Shown piece after piece: positions 39,746 to 48,889 of a stretch of 64,000 nucleotides of DNA. The notes beneath the pieces are model-generated. The model was not told the origin of the DNA. It worked only from the letters and a program-made list of their open reading frames with translations, and searched no databases. The stretch's first letter is position 1. The number at the start of each line of letters is the position of its first letter. The position numbers and the translations under genes are program-made. Source of the DNA: an uncultured Candidatus Binatia bacterium (GTDB lineage Bacteria > Desulfobacterota > Binatia > UBA9968 > CAXXLF01); assembly GCA_965218425.1 (NCBI GenBank), contig OZ244621.1:3776001-3840000 (forward strand), in the 5' to 3' direction.

Positions 39746-40714
39746 ATGCCATTCGACAAACCGGTTCACGGCATCATCGGAGCTTGTCTAACACCTTTTG
39801 GGGATGACGATCGAGTCAATTTTAAGGCGTTGGAACAAGAAATCGAATTTCTGGTGGCCGACTGTGATGCCATCTCCATCGCCGCGGTTGAGGCCGCGGA
39901 ATACACCATGCTCACCCGGAACCAGCGTAAAGAGTTGGTTCGCATCGGGACCGAGATGGTGGCAGGACGCGTGCCGGTGCTGGCGGGCTGCTCTTGCCCG
40001 TCCCCCTATGAGGTTATTGAACTGGCGGAATACGCCGCCACCGTGGGGGCCGACATGGCGCAGGTGTTGATGCAGCTTAGACCCTGGGGCCAGCAACCCA
40101 CCATAGCAGAGCTGGTGGAGTACTTTACCCAAGTGGCCTCCGCCAGTCCGTTGCCTATCGTTACCTACCACAATCCGGGTCCCGGGGCTGATCCACCCAT
40201 TGAGACTTTTGTGAAGCTTAGCGAGTTGACCAACATTCAGTACTTCAAGGAAAGCTCGCGCGATATTACCAAGATTACACGGCTGGTGGAGCAGATCGAA
40301 ATGGCGGGGAAGGGGCATTACTTCACAACCATGCAGCCCCTCCTTGCCACCCTCATGATGGGAGGCTCCGGGGCCACCATGCCGCCTCCAGGGACTCGTA
40401 TCGGCGCCCAGGTGGTGAAGGCCTTCCGTGAAGGAGACGTTAATCGAGCGCGGTATTGGCAACGGTGTTTCTCACTGTTCCCCGGTAAATGGGGGGCCTA
40501 TGGCTTACCTCCAGTAATGAAATCGGCCCTGAGACACTTCGGTGTCGATATCGGTGATCCGGTACGACCCTATACCCAGGTGACCCCGAGGGACCATGCG
40601 CAGATCGGTCAATTCTTTCGCCAGATCGGTTTGCTGGGGGACGGTGTGCCCCAAGAGCTTTCCATCAAAGAGGCCGTTGCGGGGTTGGAACAAGAAGACA
40701 CATTTCTACGCTAG
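39746..40714 (+). CDS. Dihydrodipicolinate synthase/N-acetylneuraminate lyase family aldolase (not a canonical DapA)
   Basis: LTPF, YHNP and FKES (Schiff-base Lys); AVEAAE replaces GTTGE. Confidence 0.82.
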   Translation: MPFDKPVHGIIGACLTPFGDDDRVNFKALEQEIEFLVADCDAISIAAVEAAEYTMLTRNQRKELVRIGTEMVAGRVPVLAGCSCPSPYEVIELAEYAATVGADMAQVLMQLRPWGQQPTIAELVEYFTQVASASPLPIVTYHNPGPGADPPIETFVKLSELTNIQYFKESSRDITKITRLVEQIEMAGKGHYFTTMQPLLATLMMGGSGATMPPPGTRIGAQVVKAFREGDVNRARYWQRCFSLFPGKWGAYGLPPVMKSALRHFGVDIGDPVRPYTQVTPRDHAQIGQFFRQIGLLGDGVPQELSIKEAVAGLEQEDTFLR

Positions 40715-40803
40715 CATACGCGCTCCTTGCCAAAGAATTCTTTTTGGTTTGGTCTCGCAGCGTAAGTCCAATGATTTCACGGTGGGGTCATATATAGGTC
40801 GGA

Positions 40804-41022
40804 GTGATGATACGACGAATATTTGATTGGCTCACGGAATACATCAAGACCTTTTCGGATACCATGCTGTTGCTCTTGCTTCGATCCACCTCATGGTTCG
40901 GTCGAGAGCTCACCCGGGAGGGAAGGGCGGAGCAGGACATGTGGCGGAAGCAACGGCTTAGGAACATCCGCGGCCTCGGTCTGATTTCACGCCGCCGGCA
41001 AGTGAGGCAACAGGGAGAATGA
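40804..41022 (+). CDS. Small hypothetical protein
   Basis: 72-aa ORF filling the gap upstream of the SQR-like gene; no motif recognised. Confidence 0.35.
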   Translation: MMIRRIFDWLTEYIKTFSDTMLLLLLRSTSWFGRELTREGRAEQDMWRKQRLRNIRGLGLISRRRQVRQQGE

Positions 41023-41065
41023 ACGGATACAGTCGTTTGGGAAAACTTAAGGTGGAGAACCTAAC

Positions 41066-42217
41066 GTGATCAATGGGCGGGCTCAAATCGTTATCCTGGG
41101 TGGTGGTATTGGTGGCCTTGCGGCTGCCACAAAGCTGGGTCGTTCCCTTGGGGCGAAACACGATGTGATTCTAATCGATCGGCGTGATGAGCATTTCTTT
41201 ACGCCCTCCTTCCTTTTCCTGATGTTAGGGCAACGAAAGCCGCAAGATCTAAAGAGAAAACTGAAGTTACTCGAACGGCGCAAGGTCAAGGTGATACAGG
41301 CTGAGATCCTGGGTATCGACCCGGGCCGTCAGGAGGTGGTGCTTGACAGCCAGAAGATCCCCTACGATCATCTTGTCGTAGCCCTTGGCCTGCAGACGAG
41401 GCCAGAGATGATCCCTGGTTTCAGCGAGGGGGCCAACCACGCCTGGGAGATGGATGCGGCATTGAAAGTACAACGGGCCCTGCAGCAGTTTAACGAAGGC
41501 CGTATCCTCGTGGGAGTTCCGTTGGGGCCCTATCGCTGTCCGCCAGCTCCCTATGAGACCCAGTGGTTGCTGGACACCTATTTTCGCGGCCTAGGTCGGC
41601 GCGACCGTGTGGAGATCGAGTATTTCACCCGGGAACCTGAGCCTGCGGGGGAAGCCCACGACCCCGTGGTTTGGATGGACGACCAGAGTAAGAAGAGAAA
41701 TATCAAGCAGAACTACGACTTCACCGTTCAGTCCATTGACCCCGAGAAGAAAGCCGTTGTGGGTTTGTACGGTTACAGGCTCTCATACGATTTATTGTTC
41801 ATGATTCCCCCACACAGGCCCGCCCAGGTGCTCAGGGACTGTAGCTTGGCGGACACCGAGAACGGTGTCAGGATTGACTATGAGACCCTGGCCACCAAAT
41901 GGGACAATGTTTATGCCATTGGGGACTGCGCAGAGTTGCCCGCTTCTAAGGCCGGGGGAGTGGCGCACCAGGAAGCAGACGTTGTGGCCCACAACCTGGC
42001 CGTGAAAATCACGGGTCGGGGCGATCCCACCACTCTCCGGCTCCACACCATATGACTACTGGCCTGCGGCGCAGGACGCGCCGCCGCAAATCGAACTATC
42101 TATCCGCGCGGTTGGCCTCCCTTCGGAGTGATGGAATCACGCTCCTGGGGACCTTCTCGTATGATCTATTGGGCCAAGCTCGGTTTTGAAAAATGGTGGC
42201 TCTGGCGGTACTTTTAG
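41066..42217 (+). CDS. Sulfide:quinone oxidoreductase/FCSD-like FAD oxidoreductase, probable selenoprotein (UGA at 42053-42055)
   Basis: GGGIGG, YDHLVVALG, CPPAPYE, YAIGD, KAG. The frame continues 53 codons past TGA with a family-typical tail (..WAKLGFEKWWLWRYF) to TAG at 42215-42217. Confidence 0.85.
42066..42084 (+). promoter_or_regulatory. Candidate bacterial SECIS hairpin
   Basis: GCGGCGC-AGGAC-GCGCCGC perfect 7-bp stem; the loop starts 17 nt after UGA and has G at its second position. Confidence 0.65.
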
Positions 42218-42218
42218 T

Positions 42219-43256
42219 TTAACGAGCGATGGGGAGCTTCTGATCGTTCCAGTCCACCATTCCACCCCGAAGGTTCGATACCTGCTCAAATCCAAGACCC
42301 GTTAGAATTGCAACTGCCGTGGTGCTGCGCACTCCCGAGCGGCAGATGGCCACCACGTGCCGGTTCTTATGCTCCTCCAGTTCATTGGCTCTTGTCGGGA
42401 GCTCTTTGAGCGGGATCAGGAGGCTTCCGGTAATATGTCCAAGCTCACCTGTATACTCCGATGGCTCCCTGATATCCAACAGGATGGGAGGGAGGGAAGT
42501 CGCAAGCAGGGCTTGCACATCCTGGGGAGATAACTGGCGCACCCGGTTCAATTCGGCCAGAGTGGGGAAAGCGATTCGGTCATCATCAAGTGCGGTCTGA
42601 TTGGGTTGTAGAACCTCTTGAATCTTGTCCGGCAGCGGCAACCCCAGGTTAGTCATGATATTCATGTAGGCCTCTTTTGTGCGTCCCGCCACCCGGGGAT
42701 TTAACCGCTTTTCGTCCCCGATCGTGGACATGGTGTTACCGCGATAGTCATGGGCAGGGAAAACCTGAGTGTCGTCCGGAAGCTGAAAGAGCTTCTGGGT
42801 AATGCCATCAAATTGCGCGCCCGCGTCACCGCCGCCAAAGTCGCATCTCCCGGTACCTCGAATGAGGAGCGTGTCTCCTGTCAGGATTTTTCCATTCACA
42901 TAGAGACTCATGCTGTCAGGGGTGTGTCCGGGTGTATGGAGAATTTTGATGGCGAGGTCACCTACGGTGAGGGTCTCTCCGTCATCCACATGAATATCCA
43001 CATAGGGTGCAGGCGCGCGTCGGTGCATGATTACATTAGCACCGGTGAGGTCTTTCAGTTCAAAGGTCCCAGTGCGGTGGTCCGCATGGGTGTGAGTATC
43101 AATGAGATCGTCAAGCCTCAATTGGTAATATCCAAGAAGGGAAAGGTATCGGTCGGTTTTTTCTCTAACCGGGTCAACCAGGACGGCCCTATGGGCGTTC
43201 TCGCAGGCAATGAGATAGGTCTTACATTTGCCGAGGTTGAGTTCTCGAAAAATCAT
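42219..43256 (-). CDS. Persulfide dioxygenase (ETHE1-like MBL fold)-rhodanese fusion
   Basis: THTHADH, HTPGHT, TGD, GTGRCDF, PAHDY, EKRLNPR; C-terminal rhodanese with LDIRE...CRSGVRS. Confidence 0.9.
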   Translation of the reverse strand: MIFRELNLGKCKTYLIACENAHRAVLVDPVREKTDRYLSLLGYYQLRLDDLIDTHTHADHRTGTFELKDLTGANVIMHRRAPAPYVDIHVDDGETLTVGDLAIKILHTPGHTPDSMSLYVNGKILTGDTLLIRGTGRCDFGGGDAGAQFDGITQKLFQLPDDTQVFPAHDYRGNTMSTIGDEKRLNPRVAGRTKEAYMNIMTNLGLPLPDKIQEVLQPNQTALDDDRIAFPTLAELNRVRQLSPQDVQALLATSLPPILLDIREPSEYTGELGHITGSLLIPLKELPTRANELEEHKNRHVVAICRSGVRSTTAVAILTGLGFEQVSNLRGGMVDWNDQKLPIAR

Positions 43257-43425
43257 AAATGCATCATTCCCTCCGCTTCTAACACCAAGAATAGCTATGG
43301 GCTTTCATTGTGTCAAATCAAATTTTCTGCTCCTTATGGCGTCGGTTGCTCTAATGGGCTTTGCTGTGCATAATTCCGCTGTGAATGAAGAAACGAAAAA
43401 ATCCCCACGGGCCACAGGGCCTTCC

Positions 43426-43722
43426 ATGGAACATACCTGCAGTCACTGCCTGTATTTCCAAGCTGCAAGACCGGGACGGCGTCCGCTGAAAGGGAATTGC
43501 GGTTATCATAAAGAGTGGATTGACCGTGCTTCACTCTATACCTGCAGCGAGATGAGCGCCCTTTCGTTGAAGCGAAAAGGAATCTATCGACTAAAGACAG
43601 ATGGGAAGGGGGGCTGGGTGCATGTGCGGCGTGAGGCCAAAGTCCGATCCCGACCGTTTCTGGTTAAAGGGGAAAAACCGAAAGGGAGCGGTAGAGAGCA
43701 AGGGATAGTGGAGGAATCCTAA
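43426..43722 (+). CDS. Small Cys-rich hypothetical protein (possible Fe-S or metal binding)
   Basis: MEHTCSHCLYF...GNCGYH...YTC four-Cys pattern; start uncertain. Confidence 0.5.
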   Translation: MEHTCSHCLYFQAARPGRRPLKGNCGYHKEWIDRASLYTCSEMSALSLKRKGIYRLKTDGKGGWVHVRREAKVRSRPFLVKGEKPKGSGREQGIVEES

Positions 43723-43750
43723 AGTTTACATAATATACCTTATCAGACGT
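43723..43750 (-). other. dif-like XerC/XerD recombination site
   Basis: Minus strand reads ACGTCTGATAA-GGTATA-TTATGTAAACT (11-6-11; XerD arm close to TTATGTTAAAT). Intergenic, at the switch in gene orientation. Confidence 0.8.
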
Positions 43751-43776
43751 TTTGTTATGGCCCCGATTTATTCAAT

Positions 43777-44469
43777 TTATCCTTCAGGGCTTCCTTTTAT
43801 CTTTCGTTTCAACTCTTGAATGCGTAGACCGATTTCTGCGGTTCTAACCGTCCCCGGGTAGCTGGCTAGGTATTCGCGATAGATTTTAATGGATTCGCTG
43901 AACCGGCCCATGGTCGCGGTGCAGCGGGCCTTAGACAGGAGGGATTGTTCCTTCTGTGGACCATCCAGCTTAGCTGCCTGGTCATAGGCTTGGATGGCTT
44001 CGTTGCATTGATTGGCCATTTCATGTGCGTAACCGAGATTTGCCAGAGTTAGTTGCCGTAGAAATGTGTTTTTAGACGTCCGGGTTAGCAATGTCTCCAG
44101 GAGTGGAATCGCGTTTTTCGGTTGTTTGAGGCCAATATGGCTATGGGCGCGATAGAGTATTGCCAGGTATTGGTAGTTGGGCGATCGGTATTGCTCCACA
44201 CGCTCCAGGAGATCTAAAGTTGTTTGGTATTGGCCCTCGTGAAAGGCCTCCAATGCGGTGACATAGGCTTGGGAAGCTAGACGGTTTTGTTTGGACCGGT
44301 GTAGTTGCCAACCCCAGAGGCCCAGGGACACAGCCACCACAAAGACAGCGAGCAGAATAATTTTACCCCGGTGTTCCTCGGAAAATCTGATCACCCGAGC
44401 TGTAAACGTAATAAACTGATCTGGTTGCCGGATGTCTTTACGAGTGATTCTTTTACGCGAACGCACCAT
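43777..44469 (-). CDS. Membrane-anchored tetratricopeptide repeat protein (YfgM-like)
   Basis: KDIRQPDQF, one TM helix, TPR-like helical repeats. Confidence 0.8.
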   Translation of the reverse strand: MVRSRKRITRKDIRQPDQFITFTARVIRFSEEHRGKIILLAVFVVAVSLGLWGWQLHRSKQNRLASQAYVTALEAFHEGQYQTTLDLLERVEQYRSPNYQYLAILYRAHSHIGLKQPKNAIPLLETLLTRTSKNTFLRQLTLANLGYAHEMANQCNEAIQAYDQAAKLDGPQKEQSLLSKARCTATMGRFSESIKIYREYLASYPGTVRTAEIGLRIQELKRKIKGSPEG

Positions 44470-44535
44470 CCGTGTAGCGGCTCAATGTGGGCTTTGGGTA
44501 GGAGTCACTTGGGAACAGCAATTGATATATAGCGA

Positions 44536-45051
44536 TTAGGTCTTGTATTTGAAGTCGTCCGGCGACATCTTTTCCAAGATTTCCGCCCATTGTTCCTTAG
44601 AGACATTAGCGAAATCTGGTTCTTTGCCTTCTTCCGCCTGCTGGAGGATGCTGGATGCCTCCAGAACTGCTTTAGCCACATAAATCGGGCTTTTGGTTCT
44701 AAGAGCCAGAGCGATAGCGTCGCTGGGACGCGAATCAATGGTGAGTTCCTTGCCAGCAATGTTAAGGTTTATCATGGCATAGTATGTGTTTTCTTTCAAT
44801 TCGGTAATCTCAACGTAATCCACAAATCCGCCCAACTCCGCAAGGGTATTCTTAAGGAGATCATGAGTCATTGGGCGGGCCATTTTGATTCCTTCCAGTT
44901 CAGTTGCCATGGCCGTAGCTTCCAGAAGACCTATCCAGATTGGCAGATTCAACTTATTATCGGCGTCTTTCAGGATCACGATGGGGGTCTTTGTTACTGG
45001 GTCCAATGTGAGGCCGCCAACCGACATCTGAATGGAATCGCTCTTCTTCAT
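44536..45051 (-). CDS. Bifunctional nuclease family protein (DUF151)
   Basis: LPIWIGLLEA, RPMTHDL, DSRPSDAIALA. Confidence 0.93.
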   Translation of the reverse strand: MKKSDSIQMSVGGLTLDPVTKTPIVILKDADNKLNLPIWIGLLEATAMATELEGIKMARPMTHDLLKNTLAELGGFVDYVEITELKENTYYAMINLNIAGKELTIDSRPSDAIALALRTKSPIYVAKAVLEASSILQQAEEGKEPDFANVSKEQWAEILEKMSPDDFKYKT

Positions 45052-45061
45052 CCGATCCTCC

Positions 45062-46381
45062 TTACTCTAGTTCGCCCACGAGGGAATTGGCGGATGCCCC
45101 CGTTATTCGGACGTCGATGGTTTTGCCTAAAAGGCTCTTTGGGGCTTTAAAATTAACTACCTTGTTAGTCCTCGTTCGGCCCATCATTCGGTCCTTGCTG
45201 AGTTTGGACTCACCCTCGAATAAAATTTCCTCTACGCGACCGATCAGTTGCCGGTTCTTCCTTAGGGAGATACCCTTTTGCAAATCCAGTACGGTTTGAA
45301 GCCGCGACTTTTTGGTTTCCTCAGGAACATCGTCGAAATGTATCTTGGCCGCGACGGTTTGAGGTCGCGGTGAATATTTGAATGCAAAAATCTCATCATA
45401 CTCCATTTTCTCTAAGATTTCCAGTGTTGTTTCGAACTCTTGCTCGGTTTCACCTGGAAAACCTACAATGATGTCAGTGCTCAAAGCCACACCCGGGCAT
45501 CGATCCTTCAGCTGGTTAATGCGGTCTAAATATTCTTTGCAACTGTATCCTCTACGCATTCTTTGCAGCACTGTATCAGAGCCGGATTGGACTGGCAAAT
45601 GTAGGTGTTCGCAAAGCTTTCCAAGCATCGCGTACGCGTTAATCAATTGGGGCGAGAGATCCTGAGGGTGGGATGTGGTGAAGCGAATCCGGTCCAATCC
45701 GTCGATTTCATTGATCTTGTGTAAAAGCTCCGCAAAGGTCAACTCTCCTTGACGGGTCTTGCCATAGGAATTCACATTCTGCCCCAGAAGCATGATCTCC
45801 CGGACTCCCTGACCAGCGGTCAATTCCCGCACCTCATTGATAATGTTGTGGCTAGGCCTGCTGATCTCTCTCCCGCGCACATGGGGAACGATGCAGAAAC
45901 TACAGACCTTGTTACATCCCTGCATGATAGTCACGTAGGCCTTGGGCCCCTGCACCTCGGGTCTCCCCTGCAGATCCTCAAGATAGGCGAGGTCGCGGTA
46001 GAAGGCCACTTCCACCGGCCGGCTGCCCAGGTTTTGAACCTCACGAACCATTTGGCCGAGCTTATGAATGTTGTGAGTTCCAAAAACCAAGTCCAGATGG
46101 GGAACACGCCGTAATAGGGCTTCTCCCTCTCGCTGTGCAACGCACCCGCCAACACCAATAACGAGCCCCTGGTGTTGTTTCTTCAACTCACGCCAACGCC
46201 CTAGGGCGCTGTAAACCTTTTGTTCCGCCTTGTCCCTTACGCTGCAGGTGTTTAGGATGATCAGATCCGCTTCTTCAGGTTCCATCGTGGGAGTGTATCC
46301 GTGCTGCTTCATCACCTGTAGGATACGGGCCGAGTCGTACTCGTTCATTTGGCAGCCGTAGGTCTTAGTGTAAATTTTCAT
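45062..46381 (-). CDS. miaB: tRNA-2-methylthio-N6-dimethylallyladenosine synthase
   Basis: TYGCQMNEYDS, NTCSVR, radical SAM CNKVCSFC, RFTTSHP, C-terminal TRAM domain. Confidence 0.97.
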   Translation of the reverse strand: MKIYTKTYGCQMNEYDSARILQVMKQHGYTPTMEPEEADLIILNTCSVRDKAEQKVYSALGRWRELKKQHQGLVIGVGGCVAQREGEALLRRVPHLDLVFGTHNIHKLGQMVREVQNLGSRPVEVAFYRDLAYLEDLQGRPEVQGPKAYVTIMQGCNKVCSFCIVPHVRGREISRPSHNIINEVRELTAGQGVREIMLLGQNVNSYGKTRQGELTFAELLHKINEIDGLDRIRFTTSHPQDLSPQLINAYAMLGKLCEHLHLPVQSGSDTVLQRMRRGYSCKEYLDRINQLKDRCPGVALSTDIIVGFPGETEQEFETTLEILEKMEYDEIFAFKYSPRPQTVAAKIHFDDVPEETKKSRLQTVLDLQKGISLRKNRQLIGRVEEILFEGESKLSKDRMMGRTRTNKVVNFKAPKSLLGKTIDVRITGASANSLVGELE

Positions 46382-46732
46382 GTGCCATTCAAACCAGTTA
46401 GAATAAGAGATCAGGGAATTTAAAAATTAACATATGAATCACGTTGAAACAAATAGGGCGATTCGCCGGTAGTGTCCCGGTTCGAAAAATCGGTACTGGT
46501 AAAGTTTGAATCCATATGACATCCTTAAGGGTGGCAAAGAAAGCCAAGAAAAACCCCACCGATCCGAATCTTTTGGCTAGGGCTGTGGTGGAAGCCACTA
46601 TAGGAGAACCCTTAAGCGGCAAGAAGTCAATTAAAAATTTGAATTTCGGTCTATCGTGGTTGCTTAAAGTTGGGGCTGTGCTACGAGGCGCCTAGCGACT
46701 GGTTTGTGCAGGATATCGAACCGTGATCTTCC

Positions 46733-47544
46733 TTGCCCTCGCGGGGGGTAAATTTCAGTTTGAAGAGGAGTCTGCTGTTGGAAGTCATCAAGCCAGCTTC
46801 AAATCTTACGACCAACCGGAAGGTGTTTTCACTGATTACGGAGCGTCAGGTTTTGGGAACCAGGATACTGGAGATCGGTGCGGGACGTGGCTATATGGCC
46901 CAGGAATTGGGGCAGCATATCAATGGACTCGGGGGGGTCCCCGGGGAAGTTCTTACCGCGTGCGATCTTCTGCCGGATCAATTTAAATACGGTGAGGTTC
47001 CATGCGATTATTTCGACTTCGTCAATGCCTTGCCCTATGAGGATAACAGTTACGATACGGTCTTTGCCATCGAACTCATTGAGCATCTGGAGAGCCCGGT
47101 GGAATTCATAAAGGAAGCCTACCGCGTGCTTCGGTCCGGGGGACGATTTATATTTAGTACGCCGAATGTTTTGAATATCAATTCCAGATTGTCCTATCTC
47201 GCCTGTGGCTTTTTTATTCTCTTCGGCCCGGTCTCACCGGATAAAGCCGATTCTGGGAATCCTACGGGACATATTATCCGCTAAGTTATTACTATCTTGA
47301 TGTGCACATGCGGCGGGCAGGATTTTCTCGATTGGAATTCCATTCGGATAGGATGAGACGATCCGCGATGCTGGGGTATTTTTGTTTTGCACCGCTAATC
47401 ATGCTTTCGTCGCTATTCAAAAACAAAAGGGCCAAGCAGAAACACCCGGAGGTGTTTGAACACAGCAAGGAGCAAATTAAGTTGATGAACGGTTTTAAGG
47501 TGCTCTGTTCCAGAAGCTGCATTTTAGTGGGACAGAAGCCCTAG
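46733..47544 (+). pseudogene. Class I SAM-dependent methyltransferase, frameshifted near 47277
   Basis: LEIGAGRG, ELIEHL, STPN. The frame stops at GHIIR* but continues in another frame as PLSYYYLDVHMRRAGF... to 47544. Confidence 0.75.
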
Positions 47545-47703
47545 TGGTTGGAATGGCCCCGGACATTACGTCCTCCCCTATTGATTCATAGAGACCGGCC
47601 GATCTTCCAAATCCGCATCCATTCTAAGCCCATTGGATCTATTCGGAAATCCAATGGCACGTGGGGCTTGCCGGATTGGGTAGGGGGGGTGCTCGTTTAT
47701 GTT

Positions 47704-47925
47704 AAGAACCCATCTCAGAATTAAAAATAGTGTATCCTAGGGTTCATGTTAAATCTAAGTGACCAACATTGGGCCATGATCCGGGAACACTTCCCAGTTG
47801 CCGCAGTACTATCCGAACTATAAAACGGTCCATCGTCGTTTTCAGCAATGGTGTCGAAGCGAAGTATTGCGGGAAGTTCTCACCGAGCTTGCCAATGCAC
47901 TTCGAGAGGAAGGCGCCATTGACGG
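47704..47925 (+). mobile_element. IS5-family transposase remnant (internally deleted)
   Basis: ATG 47746 MLNLSDQHWAMIREHFP joined out of frame to PQYYPNYKTVHRRFQQW...EEGAID; upstream AGAACCCATCTCAGAA resembles an IS end. Confidence 0.7.
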
Positions 47926-48017
47926 TTTGTCTGATAATTGCGGGTTGCGAAAAAAGCTTCCATTCTATAACCATAGGTGTTCAGTCCTGATGGGACTGGG
48001 AATTTTGGGGTCCAAGA

Positions 48018-48734
48018 GTGGCTGGCAATGGCGCAAAAAACGCCTCAGGGATTATCCTGAGTCGTCGTGGGGGGGACGGCGGAGTCGAAGTGTATATGAC
48101 CCGTAACCCTTCGGGTCGGTCCTCAATGGAGAACTACGCATTCCCCGTGAGTCCGGTGCAAAAGGAGGACACCCATAAAACAATGCTAAATCTTTGTTCT
48201 GGGTTAACTCCTAAGGAGGCCCGTGATGCCCTTGGAAGCGATCTAACCCCAGGGCTTTCCCTTGCCCACTGGGTGGCAGGCATCCGAGGTGTCTTCGAGC
48301 GGATGGGGATTCTATTGTGCAGCGCTGGGGGAGACACGCGCCCGGCAAGTTTGGGAATGGGCTTCAAAGACGAACTCACAAAAAAGCGGCGGCTGCTGTT
48401 AAAGGGGACAATGAGTTTTCAATCCCTTTTGGAATCCGAAGGACTTCTTTGCGACACCAGGCGCTTCAGTTGCTTTTCCCGTTGGCTCACGGCGGAAAAC
48501 TCTCGAGGGAACTATGACGTCCGTTATTTTGTAACCTCTCTGCCAGCGGATCAGAAACCCATCTTGAGATCACGGAATCGTTCTACCGGCATTTGGATAA
48601 CCCCGGAGCGTGGGATGGATCTTTTCCAGCGAGGGTCCCTTCTCGTGACATTTGCGACCTTTGCCTCGGTTCGTAGTTTGGCAGATTATGATTCTTGGGA
48701 TAGTCTTTCGTCCGAATACAAGCTTCAAGCCTAA
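48018..48734 (+). CDS. NUDIX-hydrolase-like protein with a degenerate Nudix box
   Basis: EVYMTR, YAFP, AGIRGVFERMGILL (in place of REUXEE), YDVRYF, WITP. Confidence 0.65.
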   Translation: MAGNGAKNASGIILSRRGGDGGVEVYMTRNPSGRSSMENYAFPVSPVQKEDTHKTMLNLCSGLTPKEARDALGSDLTPGLSLAHWVAGIRGVFERMGILLCSAGGDTRPASLGMGFKDELTKKRRLLLKGTMSFQSLLESEGLLCDTRRFSCFSRWLTAENSRGNYDVRYFVTSLPADQKPILRSRNRSTGIWITPERGMDLFQRGSLLVTFATFASVRSLADYDSWDSLSSEYKLQA

Positions 48735-48889
48735 TTCCCGCTAAAGAGAATATGAGTGCTTTCCCGACTGGTTCCGCTGATTTTCTCCGAGTGTTTTACC
48801 CCCTTCCGAGCACGGCTTCCCGCGCGTAGAAAAGGCCCCCGATTTATCATGCGGGGCGAATCAGTCACTCTATGCTCCTCAAGAAACCT

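Noticed and set aside
1488..41022. Sec readthrough at other TGA stops (1490, 3879, 12296, 36597, 41022)
   Set aside because: These proteins appear complete or the downstream frame closes quickly without family-like sequence.
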